A DNA stretch of 64,000 nt from Candidatus Latescibacterota bacterium (GCA_965116875.1 OZ220733.1:928001-992000), one strand, 5' to 3'. Positions 1-10,772 are shown, counted from the stretch's first letter. Program-made: numbers and translations. The notes: a model not told the origin generated them from the letters alone.

Positions 1-794
1 TTGTAAAACCAGTACATGTTTTTCAGAGACGGATTCTTCAGGTGTTCCACTTTCCCGATTGTGGTCTGCTGGCCGTAGGGATGTTTCTTAAAGAGCAGAT
101 CGGCGACGGCGTAGATGATTGCCCGGTCCTTGTTGTCCATGGACCGGTTCTTTTCCTCGTAAACCGTCTCGAGTTCAGACTGAAAGAGCCGGAAGACGGC
201 GTTCCGGAAGCGTTCGGATTCGATGACCGCCCAGTGGCGCAACCGGTTGGCGGGCAGATTGATTCTGTATACCGTCTCTTCATGCCACGTGTGCGCGTTG
301 AGACCGGTGCCGCCCATGGCCTTGTAGAGTTTGTCGATTTCATTGGGAATGGCGTATTGCGCGGCAAGCTGGGACTCCCTGTTGATCTCCGCGTAGATGG
401 CTTTCCGTTTTTCGGGATCGGTTTCGCCGAAGTGCTCCTCGTAGAGACGGGTGATGTTGTCGAGATGCGCTTTCTCCTTCTCGTAATCCAGAGAGCCGAT
501 GCTCGTCGTGCCTTTGAACAGCATATGTTCCAGGTAGTGCGCGAGGCCGGTGGATTCTGCCGGGTCGTGCTTGCTGCCCGCACGAACGATGATCTCCGCG
601 TAAAACCGGGGTGTCTCATGGTTTTCCGTGAGATAGACCGTAAGACCGTTGTCCAGGCGGAAGATATGGACCGCCATCGGATCGTCGGCGCCCGGTTCGT
701 TTATGCGGGTGTATGCACCGTCTGCACTGGAAACCGGAATGCCCACAAGGGCGATGAAGAGCAGCGCGGAAGAAGCGCAACGCAACCTGAACAT
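1..794 (-). CDS. M16 family zinc peptidase (insulinase-like), N-terminal part; runs off the left edge
   Basis: Manual reverse-strand translation from ATG at 794 (GGAGA RBS): signal peptide, then RLDNGLTVYL...VRAGSKHDP..TGLAHYLEHMLFKG (HxxEH), later HPYGQQTTIG. Missing from the ORF track because there is no stop in the window. Confidence 0.92.
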   Translation of the reverse strand, partial: MFRLRCASSALLFIALVGIPVSSADGAYTRINEPGADDPMAVHIFRLDNGLTVYLTENHETPRFYAEIIVRAGSKHDPAESTGLAHYLEHMLFKGTTSIGSLDYEKEKAHLDNITRLYEEHFGETDPEKRKAIYAEINRESQLAAQYAIPNEIDKLYKAMGGTGLNAHTWHEETVYRINLPANRLRHWAVIESERFRNAVFRLFQSELETVYEEKNRSMDNKDRAIIYAVADLLFKKHPYGQQTTIGKVEHLKNPSLKNMYWFY

Positions 795-991
795 GAATGA
801 GTCTCCCATTTTAAAATCCAGCATCAATCGGTTGGATGGGCCTGGAAACGGGCACCGAAAACGACGATGTCTGCGAATCAGAAATATAACAAGAGTCGAA
901 GCTGAATTCAATCCCCCACGGCCTTGCGAGGTTGAACCGGTTCCCGGCGCCCGGCCGCATCCGAAGCACCCATGACGCCTGTCTCTATAAC

Positions 992-1022
992 AAAAGGACG
1001 GCCGGTGTATTGCCGGCCGTCC
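992..1022 (-). terminator. Intrinsic terminator downstream of the aminotransferase
   Basis: GGACGGCCGG / CCGGCCGTCC 10-bp stem followed by TTTT on the minus strand. Confidence 0.6.
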
Positions 1023-1082
1023 GGTGCCGAATTCGAAAGCGTTCCGGTTTGAGGAACACTGTGCTCCACCCGGAGCCGCGGC

Positions 1083-2345
1083 TTACTGAAGTTCCGCGGC
1101 CTGGGTTACGACCTTTCGGAAAGCCTGCGCGTGTTCCCTGATGATCTCCGGGCGATCATGTTTGAACCACGGGATGGAAAACAGGCGCTCCGACATCCGC
1201 TCCGTCTGCGGCAGGCTGCCCTTGCCCTGGCGCACGTCGGCGTCGGAATGGGCGACTCGCGTGGGCTCGCCATGGCCGTACACGTCGGCGTCGTTCAGGA
1301 CGGGATGCAGATGCATCAGCAGGTTGGCTCCCGCGCCGCAGGAGGTCCCTTCGGCCCGCACGGCCTCGCAGAACTTCTGCAAGGGCAGACCGCCGAGTTC
1401 CTCGGGCACATAGATGCCGTGCGCGGCGTACCAGCCGCCCATTGTACTGCCGGAGCCCTTCGGCGGCCTGTGGGGGCGCAACCCGGGCGCGCCTTCGAGC
1501 AGGTCCCAGAAGGCGTTCATCGCCCTGTCGATTTCCTCCATCCGTTCCCGGTAATGCCTGAGCTGGACCCGCCCCACTGCCGAAGACAGCTGGTGCATCC
1601 TGTATTTGAACCCGCCCAGAGGCAGGCCGGCGTACTTCTTCAACTCGGGATTTTCGATCTGCCCCGTCCGCTCGTAATGGCCGAATGCGACGGCGCGTTC
1701 ATAGATCTCCCGGTCGTCCGTGACCAGCATGCCCGCCTCGCCGATGGCCAGCGACTTTCCGGCCATGCAGGACATCGCGCCCACGTGGCCGATTCCGCCC
1801 GTCAATCGCCCGTTGTATTCCGCGCCGTGCGCGTGCGAGACGTCTTCAATGACCTTGATGCCCCGGGCGTTGGCGATTTCCATGATCGCATCCATGTCGG
1901 TCGGATGGCCGAAATAGTGGACCGCCACGATCGCCTTGGTCCGGTCCGTGATTTTCCGTTCCACGTCTGCCGGGTCGAGTGTGATCGTATCCGGATCGAT
2001 ATCCGCGTAGACAATGGTCGCGCCAAGATTCATCGCCTGCAGCACGGACGCCCAGAACGTCATGCTCTGGCAGATGATCTCGTCTCCCACACCCACGCCG
2101 CATCCGAACATCGCCGAATGGATGGACGACGTGCCCGTGTTGTGCGCAAGCGCGTACTTCGTGCCGAACCAGTCGGCATACTCCTTTTCAAACTGCACCG
2201 TGACGTCCGTGCCGGACATGGCCCCGCGCCGCAGCACCTCCAATGCGGCCTCCTCGTCCTCCCCGGTGATAATCGGCCAGGTGAACATATCTCCCGCATC
2301 GGTCTGCACCGCCTTCGATCCACCCAGAATCGCCAGCTTGTCCAT
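1083..2345 (-). CDS. DegT/DnrJ/EryC1/StrS family PLP-dependent aminotransferase
   Basis: MDKLAILGG start with GAGGAGG RBS; GVGVGDEII, IEDVSHAHGA, catalytic Lys in SCMAGKSL. Confidence 0.9.
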   Translation of the reverse strand: MDKLAILGGSKAVQTDAGDMFTWPIITGEDEEAALEVLRRGAMSGTDVTVQFEKEYADWFGTKYALAHNTGTSSIHSAMFGCGVGVGDEIICQSMTFWASVLQAMNLGATIVYADIDPDTITLDPADVERKITDRTKAIVAVHYFGHPTDMDAIMEIANARGIKVIEDVSHAHGAEYNGRLTGGIGHVGAMSCMAGKSLAIGEAGMLVTDDREIYERAVAFGHYERTGQIENPELKKYAGLPLGGFKYRMHQLSSAVGRVQLRHYRERMEEIDRAMNAFWDLLEGAPGLRPHRPPKGSGSTMGGWYAAHGIYVPEELGGLPLQKFCEAVRAEGTSCGAGANLLMHLHPVLNDADVYGHGEPTRVAHSDADVRQGKGSLPQTERMSERLFSIPWFKHDRPEIIREHAQAFRKVVTQAAELQ

Positions 2346-2508
2346 CGTCGCTCCTCCTCGGATGCGTTCCACCCTCGCGTTCAGGTTATTCGACGAAAAA
2401 TCCCGCAGATCAACAGTCGACTAAATAGCAAAAACCGGACGAATCCGCAAGGTAAATATCCGGCTGTCAGCCTTTGGCGATTCCCCTTGATTTTCCGGTG
2501 TGATTTGG

Positions 2509-2567
2509 CCTCTTTAATACAAAAACCCAAACGAACATGGATGGACAGGATAGGCAGGATAAAAACC
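2509..2567. repeat. Dispersed ~60-bp repeat with ACAGGAT-type 9-mer units, copy 1
   Basis: CCTCTTTAATACAAAAACCCAAACGAACATGGATGGACAGGATAGGCAGGATAAAA; near-identical to 26085-26145. Confidence 0.8.
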
Positions 2568-2659
2568 CTCCGGCATGAATGGGATTGACAGGATCAGGTT
2601 TGACATTTCCGGCGCCAGGGCGATCCTGCCCTACGTCAGTCCGGGATCTGCAAGTATCC

Positions 2660-2805
2660 GGAGCGAGGGCATCCCTGCCCTCGAACTTCGAGCAGCCGAC
2701 GGATTTCCACATCAAGGGCCCATTGCTTCCCATCCGAAACCACATCCGGAATGACGGCGCAAAGACCATTCCTATTCGCCGTCGAGGGCAGGATGCCCTC
2801 GCTCC
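2660..2805. repeat. REP/REPIN-like inverted repeat pair
   Basis: GGAGCGAGGGCATCCCTGCCCTCGA (2660-2684) and TCGAGGGCAGGATGCCCTCGCTCC (2782-2805) are reverse complements apart from one base. Confidence 0.8.
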
Positions 2806-2911
2806 CGGGAACGCCAGCCACAAGGGAGCGCGCGTTCTCTGCCACCTCTTTGGTTGCGGCTGAGCAAAGGGAAGCCGCGCCAGGACCCATCGAACGCCTG
2901 ATCCAATTTTC

Positions 2912-3889
2912 ATGAATGTACTCATCACCGGCATTACGGGAAGAATCGGCGCCAATCTGGCCAGAACGCTCGTTAACGAGGGCCATTCCGTGCGCGGCCT
3001 GGTCTGGCCCAAAGACCCGCGCATCGGCAAACTGAACGGCCTGGACGTGGAGCTTGTTTACGGCAATCTTACGAATTCCCCGGACGTACAGGCAGCCGTG
3101 AGCGGTACGGAGGCGGTTTTTCATCTGGGTGCGGCCTTTCAGGGCGGCGGGCCCTTCTCCGAAACCGACTATTTCGAAATCAACGTACGCGGCACGTTCA
3201 ACATGCTGGAAGCCGCCAGGGCGCAGGACCAACCCCCGAGGTTCGTATACGCGGGCACCGACGCCATCTATGAAAAGTACGTCCCGGGAGGGTTGACCGA
3301 GCCGATCCGGGAAGACCGAACGCCCCGGCGCTGCCGCGGATGGTACGCGCTATCCAAATCCCTGGGCGAGGAGCTCTGCACCGGGTACTGGCTCACCTGC
3401 AAGCTTCCTGCCGTCGTCCTTCGTTTCTGCATGGTGTTCGGCGCGGGCGAGATTCTGGACTTTCCGCAATTCCGTCTGAGCGGATTGAAGGGCCGTCCCG
3501 AATGCAAGGGCCTCGGTCAGGAAACGGAGCGCCTGGTCGTTCTCAGGGACGAGGAAGGGAGATCTTACAAGAAACACGTCGCCGACGTACGGGATATCGT
3601 CCGGGGCTGCCAACTGGCCATGCGCGCCGAAGACGTTTCCGGAGAGACCATCCAGCTTGCAGGCCCCGGGCCGTTTACCTGGGATGAGGCCGTCCCCTTT
3701 CTTTCGGAACGTCTGGGGCTCCCGTATGTCGAAACGCGACTGAAGGGCGATCCCACGTTCTACGAATTCGACCTGTCCAAAGCACGAAGACTGCTGGGTT
3801 TCAAACCTAGGTACGACATCCGTCGGATGATCGACGACGCCCTGGCCTGCCGCCGCGGCGAGGACGTCGGAGTCCTCCCGACGGGATAG
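2912..3889 (+). CDS. NAD-dependent epimerase/dehydratase (extended SDR)
   Basis: ITGITGRIG Rossmann motif, YALSK catalytic motif. Confidence 0.9.
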   Translation: MNVLITGITGRIGANLARTLVNEGHSVRGLVWPKDPRIGKLNGLDVELVYGNLTNSPDVQAAVSGTEAVFHLGAAFQGGGPFSETDYFEINVRGTFNMLEAARAQDQPPRFVYAGTDAIYEKYVPGGLTEPIREDRTPRRCRGWYALSKSLGEELCTGYWLTCKLPAVVLRFCMVFGAGEILDFPQFRLSGLKGRPECKGLGQETERLVVLRDEEGRSYKKHVADVRDIVRGCQLAMRAEDVSGETIQLAGPGPFTWDEAVPFLSERLGLPYVETRLKGDPTFYEFDLSKARRLLGFKPRYDIRRMIDDALACRRGEDVGVLPTG

Positions 3890-3900
3890 AAGAGGAAATC

Positions 3901-4650
3901 ATGCCGCCAGACCGCTCCTTCTGGCCCGGAGACTTCCACGGCGCGGTAAGTCTCACCTTCGACGACGGCCTCGATACGCAATTGGACAATGCAATTCCCT
4001 GCCTGGACGACTACGGCCTGAAGGGGACGTTCTACGTCAATCCGGGCCGGTCGGAAGCCTGGGAGTCACAGATCCCCCGCTGGCAACAGGCCGGCAGAAA
4101 CGGCCATGAACTCGGCAATCACACTTCAATGCACCCCTGCTCCTGCAATTTCGGATTCCGCGATGAGGGCTACTGTCTGGAAAACCTGGAGCTGGATGAC
4201 ATCGCGCGGACCATCGACGAAGCCACTGAAGACCTGAACCGCCTGTTTCCGGAACAGGGCGGCGACCGGACGTTCTGCTATCCCTGCTACCAGACGTACG
4301 TCGGCGCCGGCGAGAACCGGCAGTCCTATGTGCCGCTCGTCGCCCGGCGCTTCAAGGCCGCGCGGGGCTGGGGCGAGCGCGCCAACCATCCGGAGCGGGT
4401 CGACCTGGCCTGCACCTGGTCCCTGGCCGTAGACGGCCATTCGGGAGAAGAAATCGTTGCGTACATCGAAAACGCCGTCAACGACGGCCTCTGGGCGGTC
4501 GTCTGCATGCACGGCGTCGGAGGCCAGCATCTCTCCATTTCTACGGCGTCATTGAGCGAAGTCGCGCGTTATCTGGATGGCAACCGGGACCGGATTTGGA
4601 CGGCCACGATGATCGACGTTGCCGACTATATCATCCGGCAGCGTCGCTGA
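3901..4650 (+). CDS. Polysaccharide deacetylase family protein (NodB-like)
   Basis: SLTFDDG, GHELGNHTSMH, MHG motifs. Confidence 0.88.
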   Translation: MPPDRSFWPGDFHGAVSLTFDDGLDTQLDNAIPCLDDYGLKGTFYVNPGRSEAWESQIPRWQQAGRNGHELGNHTSMHPCSCNFGFRDEGYCLENLELDDIARTIDEATEDLNRLFPEQGGDRTFCYPCYQTYVGAGENRQSYVPLVARRFKAARGWGERANHPERVDLACTWSLAVDGHSGEEIVAYIENAVNDGLWAVVCMHGVGGQHLSISTASLSEVARYLDGNRDRIWTATMIDVADYIIRQRR

Positions 4651-4722
4651 CAACAGAGTTGACCGGACCATCCCTCATGCAATCGTCCCCCGACCGAAAA
4701 ACCCGAACTCAGGGGATTCCTC

Positions 4723-5829
4723 ATGATCGTACAGACACACCTCATCGGCTCACGCAAGGAAGACCTGGACACCCCGGCGCTTCTCGTGGACCTGCCCACG
4801 CTGGAGCGCAACACCCGGAAGATGGCGGATACCATCATCCGAGAAGCGGGCGTCCATTGGCGGCCCCATACCAAGGGCATGAAGACCCCGGCGCTCGCAC
4901 ACAGGCTGCTGGAGGCGGGCGCGATCGGAATCACCTGCGCCAAACTCGGCGAGGCCGAAGTGATGGCCGCGGGCGGCGTTGGAGACATCCTCATCGCCAA
5001 CCAGGTCGTAGGCCCCAGGAAAATCGCGCGCCTGGTCAACCTCCGCAATCATGCCGACGTCATGGTCTGCGTGGACGACGAGAATAACACTCGCGAAATC
5101 GATCTCGCCGCCGTGGAGAAAGGCGTCCGCGTCCGGGTGCTGATTGAAGTCAACGTGGGCATGAACCGCGCCGGCGTTGCGCCGGGCGAACCCGTACTTT
5201 CGCTTGCCCGGACCGTCGCCGCGTGCCCGGGCCTGCAATTCTCAGGCCTGATGACGTGGGAAGCGCACACGCTGGCCATTGAGGACATCGACGAAAAGCG
5301 GCGGCTGATCACCGAATCCCTGTCCGGGCTCACGGCCAGCGCGGACCTGTGCCGGCGCAACGGCCTCCCCGTGGAGATCGTCAGTTGCGGCGGCACCGGA
5401 ACCTACTGGATCAGCGCGTTCCATCCCGGCATAACGGAAATCGAAGCCGGCGGCGGCGTCTTCGGCGATATCCGGTACCGCACGGTATTCGGGGTGCAGC
5501 ACGAGTACGCCCTTACGGTCCTCTCCACGGTCACGAGCCGCCCCACGTCTTCGCGTATCATCTGTGACGCGGGGAAGAAAACCATGAGCAGCGACGCAGC
5601 CGTTCCGGAACCCCTGGGCATCCCCAACGTCAATCTGGTTGCCCTGTCGGCCGAACACGGAAAAATCGAACTGGATGCGCCGGCCGATACCCCGCAAGTA
5701 GGCGAGACCATTGAATTCGTTGCGGGCTACTCCGACACGACGGTCGTTCTTCATGACGAACTCTACGGAATCCGCGACGGCGTGGTTGAAGCCGTCTGGC
5801 CGCTTCCGGCCCGCGGCCGCCTTCAGTGA
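4723..5829 (+). CDS. DSD1/D-threonine aldolase-like fold-III PLP enzyme
   Basis: LDTPALLVD, RPHTK (PLP Lys), CAKLGEAE, GGTGT, DAGKK, SAEHG. Confidence 0.88.
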   Translation: MIVQTHLIGSRKEDLDTPALLVDLPTLERNTRKMADTIIREAGVHWRPHTKGMKTPALAHRLLEAGAIGITCAKLGEAEVMAAGGVGDILIANQVVGPRKIARLVNLRNHADVMVCVDDENNTREIDLAAVEKGVRVRVLIEVNVGMNRAGVAPGEPVLSLARTVAACPGLQFSGLMTWEAHTLAIEDIDEKRRLITESLSGLTASADLCRRNGLPVEIVSCGGTGTYWISAFHPGITEIEAGGGVFGDIRYRTVFGVQHEYALTVLSTVTSRPTSSRIICDAGKKTMSSDAAVPEPLGIPNVNLVALSAEHGKIELDAPADTPQVGETIEFVAGYSDTTVVLHDELYGIRDGVVEAVWPLPARGRLQ

Positions 5830-5950
5830 CCCACCCCGTGACACGCCGGTTTTACGGGCTCCCGCAGGCTGCCGGGAAGAGCCCTGATTCCGCCGCTCGC
5901 ATCCTCACGTTGCATCGTCGAAACGACCTCCGGTTTTGCCCAGTTTTGTA

Positions 5951-5979
5951 TTGACGAATTTCGCCTAAATCGTTATAAT
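5951..5979 (+). promoter_or_regulatory. Sigma70 promoter of the frd/sdh operon
   Basis: TTGACG-17 bp-TATAAT, 56 bp upstream of the flavoprotein ATG. Confidence 0.75.
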
Positions 5980-6035
5980 AAACGCTGTTTGCGAACGAAC
6001 CGAACGCGATTCACTCGCGCTTTCAGGGGTGATAA

Positions 6036-7745
6036 ATGGACATACCGATTCACGACGTGCTTCTCGTTGGAGGCGGCGCCGCAGGTTTGCGGGCCGCCAT
6101 CGCCGCTGCCGAAACCGATTCCAGTTTGAACGTTGCCGTCGTCTCCAAAGTCTACCCGATGCGCAGCCACACCGTCTCTGCCGAGGGCGGCGCGGCGGCC
6201 GTCATGCGCGAATACGACAATCTGGACCTGCACTCGTTCGACACGATACGCGGCAGCGACTATCTGGCCGACCAGGACGTCGTGGAAGCCTTCGTGAAGG
6301 AAGCGCAGGACGAGTCCATTCAACTGGAACACTGGGGCTGCCCCTGGAGCCGGGATGAGGACGGGCGCGTCAGCGTACGGGCTTTCGGCGGCATGAGCGT
6401 GAAGCGAACGCTGTACGCGGCGGACAAGACCGGATTCCACATGTTGCACGCCCTGTTTCAGACCTCCCTCAAATACAACGCGGTTACCCGGTACGACGAG
6501 TGGTTCGTCACCTCCCTCCTGGTGGACGACGGAAGGGTCTGCGGCGTAACCGCGTTGAACATGCGCTCGGGCGGCATCCACGCGATCGGCGCGAAAACCG
6601 TCATCATCTGTACCGGCGGCGGCGGCAAGATCTTTCCGTTTACGACGAACGCCGCAATAAAGAACGGCGACGGCATGGCCCTGGCCTACCGCATCGGTTG
6701 TCCGTTGAAGGACATGGAGTTCGTTCAGTACCATCCCACCGGCCTTCCGGGCACCGGCATCCTGATGACGGAAGCCTCGCGAGGCGAAGGCGGCTATCTG
6801 ATCAACAACAAGGGCGAGCGCTACCTGAGCGAATACATACCCGGCAAAATGGAACTTGGACCGCGTGACATCCTGTCCAGGGCTTTCATGTATGAAATGC
6901 GTGAGGGCCGCGTCTTCGAAGGACCCTATGGCAACTACGTCCACCTGGACCTGAAACATCTGGGCGAGACAGTCATCGACGAGAAGCTCCCGTTCGTCCG
7001 GGAGCTGGCCAGAAATTACGTTGGGATCGATCCGGTTCACGAGCCCATTCCCGTCCGCCCCGTCGTCCACTACATGATGGGCGGCGTCCATACGGACATC
7101 AACGGTGCCACGCCCATTCCGGGGCTCTACGCCGCAGGCGAAGCCGCCTGCGTGAGCCTGAACGGCGCGAATCGGCTGGGCTCGAATTCCCTCACGGAGT
7201 GCCTCGTATTCGGCGCGCGCGCGGGTAAGGTCGCCGCTGAATACGCCAACAGCCTGGAGGCCACCGGTCCAAACACCCTCGAAAATCTCACACGCGACGA
7301 GCGGCGGCGCATCGAAGGGACGTACCTGCAGCCGCGAAACGGCAAGGAACGCGTCGCGGACATTCGTACCGAGATGCAGGCGGCCATGGAGCGCGGCGCC
7401 GGTATCTTTCGAGACGAAGAGACGCTGAAAGATACCTGTGAAATCCTGAGGAAACTCCAGGAACGCTTCCGGAACGTCGGCCTGGACGATACGTCCAGCG
7501 TTTTCAACACCGAACTCACGGCGGCGCTCGAGCTGGGATTCATGCTGGATGCGGCTGAAGCGCTCGCGCACGCCGCACTGGACCGCAAGGAATCCAGGGG
7601 CTCTCACTCCCGTTCGGATTTCGAAGACCGAAACGATGAGGAATACCTGAAACACTCATTGACGTACAGGACGGAAGCCGGACCGCGAACCGACTACCTG
7701 CCCGTAACGATCACGCGCTGGGAACCCGAAGAGCGCAAATACTGA
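6036..7745 (+). CDS. frdA: Fumarate reductase/succinate dehydrogenase flavoprotein subunit
   Basis: GGGAAG FAD motif, [10 protein letters not shown] (covalent FAD His), [28 protein letters not shown]. Confidence 0.95.
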   Translation: MDIPIHDVLLVGGGAAGLRAAIAAAETDSSLNVAVVSKVYPMRSHTVSAEGGAAAVMREYDNLDLHSFDTIRGSDYLADQDVVEAFVKEAQDESIQLEHWGCPWSRDEDGRVSVRAFGGMSVKRTLYAADKTGFHMLHALFQTSLKYNAVTRYDEWFVTSLLVDDGRVCGVTALNMRSGGIHAIGAKTVIICTGGGGKIFPFTTNAAIKNGDGMALAYRIGCPLKDMEFVQYHPTGLPGTGILMTEASRGEGGYLINNKGERYLSEYIPGKMELGPRDILSRAFMYEMREGRVFEGPYGNYVHLDLKHLGETVIDEKLPFVRELARNYVGIDPVHEPIPVRPVVHYMMGGVHTDINGATPIPGLYAAGEAACVSLNGANRLGSNSLTECLVFGARAGKVAAEYANSLEATGPNTLENLTRDERRRIEGTYLQPRNGKERVADIRTEMQAAMERGAGIFRDEETLKDTCEILRKLQERFRNVGLDDTSSVFNTELTAALELGFMLDAAEALAHAALDRKESRGSHSRSDFEDRNDEEYLKHSLTYRTEAGPRTDYLPVTITRWEPEERKY

Positions 7746-7772
7746 TTTCGAATCCCGCGCAAGGGGAATTTC

Positions 7773-8522
7773 ATGAGTAATGGCAAAAATATCACAATCA
7801 CCGTTACCCGCTATCGCCCGGAAGAGGAAGACGAACCCGTCGAACAGTCTTACGACGTCGAATTTCAGGACGACTGGGTGGTGCTGGACGGACTGAACCA
7901 TATCAAGGATCACATCGACGGTTCTCTGTCTTTCCGCTGGTCATGCCGGATGGGGGTCTGCGGCAGTTGCGGGATGATGGTCAACGGCGAACCCAAGCTT
8001 TCGTGCGCCGCATTCCTGCGCGATTATTACCCTGGCGAAGTCCGCGTGGAACCCCTGCAGAACTTCCCCATTGTCCGGGACCTGATCATCGACATGACCG
8101 ATTTTATGGACAAACTTAAGGCGGTGCAGCCCTGGATCATCCGGGAGGAGGAGAAACCCGTTTCGGAAGGGGAATACCTGCAGACGCCCGAGGAACTGAA
8201 GGAATACAAGCAGTTCAGCATGTGCATCAATTGCATGTTGTGTTACGCCGCCTGTCCGGTATACGGGCTGGAAACCGAATTCGTCGGTCCCGCCGCCATT
8301 GCCCTGGGGCATCGGTACAACCTGGACTCCCGCGATAACGGCCGGGAACGGCGTCAGCATGTCATCGCAAGCACCGAGGGCATCTGGGAATGCACCTATA
8401 TCGGAGAGTGCTCCGTGGTCTGTCCCAAGGACGTGGATCCAGCAGCCGCCATCCAGAGAAACAAGGTGGCCGCCACGGGCGGCTGGTTCAAATCCGTACT
8501 CCTGCCATGGGGGAAGAAGTAA
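7773..8522 (+). CDS. frdB: Fumarate reductase/succinate dehydrogenase iron-sulfur subunit
   Basis: [34 protein letters not shown] clusters. Confidence 0.95.
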   Translation: MSNGKNITITVTRYRPEEEDEPVEQSYDVEFQDDWVVLDGLNHIKDHIDGSLSFRWSCRMGVCGSCGMMVNGEPKLSCAAFLRDYYPGEVRVEPLQNFPIVRDLIIDMTDFMDKLKAVQPWIIREEEKPVSEGEYLQTPEELKEYKQFSMCINCMLCYAACPVYGLETEFVGPAAIALGHRYNLDSRDNGRERRQHVIASTEGIWECTYIGECSVVCPKDVDPAAAIQRNKVAATGGWFKSVLLPWGKK

Positions 8523-8523
8523 A

Positions 8524-8934
8524 ATGACGCGCGAAAACGACACCGAACACAAGGCCTACGTGCGCCCCGTACCGTTTACGTGGTGGCTGCAAAACCGCCG
8601 CTATTTCCTGTTCATGGTCAGGGAATCGACCGCCGTGTTTATCTCCCTGTTTGTTCTGGTACACCTCTACCAGCTGTTTCTCGTCTCCAGGGGCGCGGAA
8701 GCCCACGATATGTTCCAGGAGTCGCTCCGGTCCGTACCGTTCGTCGTGGGATATGCCATCGTCCTGCTGTTCGCGCTGTACCACAGCATCACATGGCTGG
8801 GTCTGGTATCCAAAATCCAGATCGTCCGAATCGGTCGCCTGACGGTGCCGCCCTTTCTCGTGGGATTGGGCGCCTATCTTTCATGGATCGTCGCGTCGGC
8901 TGCGGTCACCTGTCTGTTTTTATACCTGAAGTAG
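8524..8934 (+). CDS. frdC: Fumarate reductase membrane anchor subunit C
   Basis: ATG at 8524; YVRPVPFTWW..MVRE.TAV, HSITW motifs typical of FrdC; 3 hydrophobic helices. Confidence 0.85.
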   Translation: MTRENDTEHKAYVRPVPFTWWLQNRRYFLFMVRESTAVFISLFVLVHLYQLFLVSRGAEAHDMFQESLRSVPFVVGYAIVLLFALYHSITWLGLVSKIQIVRIGRLTVPPFLVGLGAYLSWIVASAAVTCLFLYLK

Positions 8935-8943
8935 GGGGAATCC

Positions 8944-9300
8944 GTGTACAAGGAAGACAGAACCGAACCCTTCTGGTGGGGCATGTTCTCGCTGGGCGGC
9001 GTGGTTGCCGCGCTGCTGATACCCGTCCACGTCTTCTTCATCGGATTGGCGGTGCCGCTCGGCCTGATCGACGAGAGCCTGCTCGAATACAACCGGATGA
9101 AATCCCTGCTTGCGAATCCGCTTGTCAAAATCTACCTGTTAGCGCTCATTGTCCTCCCGCTTTTTCACGCCGCCCACCGCATTCGTTTCTCGCTGCACGA
9201 AATGGGCATCCGCAAACTGCTGCTCTCGCTGGACGTCCTCTGCTATGGCGGCGCTCTTCTCGGTACGGCGGTGACGCTGTACGTTCTGTGGGTGATTTGA
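8944..9300 (+). CDS. frdD: Fumarate reductase membrane anchor subunit D
   Basis: EPFWWGMFSLGG, LPLFHAAHRI, CYG motifs typical of FrdD. Confidence 0.88.
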   Translation: MYKEDRTEPFWWGMFSLGGVVAALLIPVHVFFIGLAVPLGLIDESLLEYNRMKSLLANPLVKIYLLALIVLPLFHAAHRIRFSLHEMGIRKLLLSLDVLCYGGALLGTAVTLYVLWVI

Positions 9301-9354
9301 CGGCCCTTTCGAAGACTGTCCCGGTTTTCGGGCCGTGAATATCGGACGTATCGA

Positions 9355-10680
9355 ATGTCGAGACCGCCTATGAAACCGGCATCGTTCATCCGGTCATCCA
9401 TCGCACTATGGATGGCGGTATTTCTGTGGAAGATGCTCAGTACCGCCGCCCAGGCGTCGGGAAGCCCTCCGGAAGCAGTCTACAGTAAAGTGCGCGCTTC
9501 GGTTGTCGTTCTGAACGTGGAAAGAAGAGACGGCTCCCGGGGCCGGGGGTTGGGCTTTCTCGCCATGGACAGCCGAATCGCAGTTACAGCCTGGGACCTT
9601 GTCGACGATGCGGTCGCGGTTGTCGCCAGGTTTGAATCCGGCGAGGAATTCGGGGTTTCCGGGCTGATCGACAAAGACGAAAAACGAAACGTCGCCCTGA
9701 TCCGGATCAAGGTCTTTGGCAGGCCGCTGCTTGACCTGGCTGCCCGCGACCCGGTCGAGATCAAAAGGGCCTATGTCGTCGAGACGGTCGAGGGGGAGGC
9801 ATCCAGACTCGTCGACGCCAGGATGAACCCGGTCGAAGTCGTCGACGGCGTGCGATCCTATCCCCTGGGCGCCTCGGTGTCCGCCAGCGGCAACGGTGGT
9901 CCGCTCCTGGACGAATCCGGTCTCGTCATCGGCGTTGTATCCATTCGATCGAGCGATGGACAAGAGGCCGGCCGCGCCGTTCCGTCGGTGTATGCCCTGG
10001 GCCTCGATCACACGTTGCCCACCCGGCCCTGGCAACACGCCAGGCCCTCCCCGGTCCACTCCGAGACGATTTCGGAACCTGTCACCGAGGCTGAGCCGGA
10101 CCCGGACGCCATCCGGTTTCGCTTCTACAGGGCGGAAGGCCAGCGATTCAGCGACGTCAACCGAAATCTGTGGACGGAGTCCATTCTCTGGTGGGTGGAC
10201 AATATCCGCGAAAAGTGCGGCGGGAACCCCCGGATCGATGGCACGGAAGATCTGGGCGTGGATGCCGCAGCGATACCATCTGAAAAGGCCCGGTTCACAA
10301 CCCGGACAACCGGGTGGAAATCCTGGATTCTGGGTATGGAGAATCTACGTGGATTTATCGCCAGGACCGAGCGCCACCGCGATTTTCACATCGGCGTTTT
10401 TCAGGAAGTCAGGTACAAACCCTCGCCCGAGGAGAAATCACGAGCGGTTTCGGGCGTGTACGCCCCGCCGAACGTCCTCGCGCTTTACTTCAAAGCCACA
10501 CGGATCAAGGAAGACGAACGCGTTCACCTTATCGGCCGGCTGTTCGGCCTGGACGGCGACGACGGCGGGGTCATGTCCTCAAGATATCCCCGCGGCCCCG
10601 GTTCACCCGCCGTCTACGGCAACATGACCGAATGGCCGCCGCACTGGTGCGGAAAAGTCGCGGAGTATCTGGATCAGTAG
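9355..10680 (+). CDS. Secreted protein with a degenerate trypsin-like (S1C) domain and a degenerate metzincin-like C-terminal domain
   Basis: Signal peptide; GLGF, VTAWDLV, NVALIRI, SGNGGPLLDESGLVIGV; C-terminal HLIGRLFGL...GVM. Confidence 0.7.
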   Translation: MSRPPMKPASFIRSSIALWMAVFLWKMLSTAAQASGSPPEAVYSKVRASVVVLNVERRDGSRGRGLGFLAMDSRIAVTAWDLVDDAVAVVARFESGEEFGVSGLIDKDEKRNVALIRIKVFGRPLLDLAARDPVEIKRAYVVETVEGEASRLVDARMNPVEVVDGVRSYPLGASVSASGNGGPLLDESGLVIGVVSIRSSDGQEAGRAVPSVYALGLDHTLPTRPWQHARPSPVHSETISEPVTEAEPDPDAIRFRFYRAEGQRFSDVNRNLWTESILWWVDNIREKCGGNPRIDGTEDLGVDAAAIPSEKARFTTRTTGWKSWILGMENLRGFIARTERHRDFHIGVFQEVRYKPSPEEKSRAVSGVYAPPNVLALYFKATRIKEDERVHLIGRLFGLDGDDGGVMSSRYPRGPGSPAVYGNMTEWPPHWCGKVAEYLDQ

Positions 10681-10772
10681 TCCGTTCTCGAAAACAGCGG
10701 GGGTACCGGTAATCACATGCCGGTGATTCGATCCTGACGCCATGCACACGGGCCCGGTCTGAAAGGAAACAG

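Noticed and set aside
42-800. 252-aa plus-strand ORF, and other long antisense ORFs such as 1131-2588, 5973-7655, 39533-41398 and 56202-58097
   Set aside because: Shadow ORFs opposite well-supported genes in high-GC DNA; no recognisable motifs
10711-10728. AATCAC-N6-GTGATT palindrome upstream of the MerC-like gene as a metal-regulator box; mer operon
   Set aside because: Only a 6-bp arm with no match to a box I recognise; no merA, merR or merP nearby
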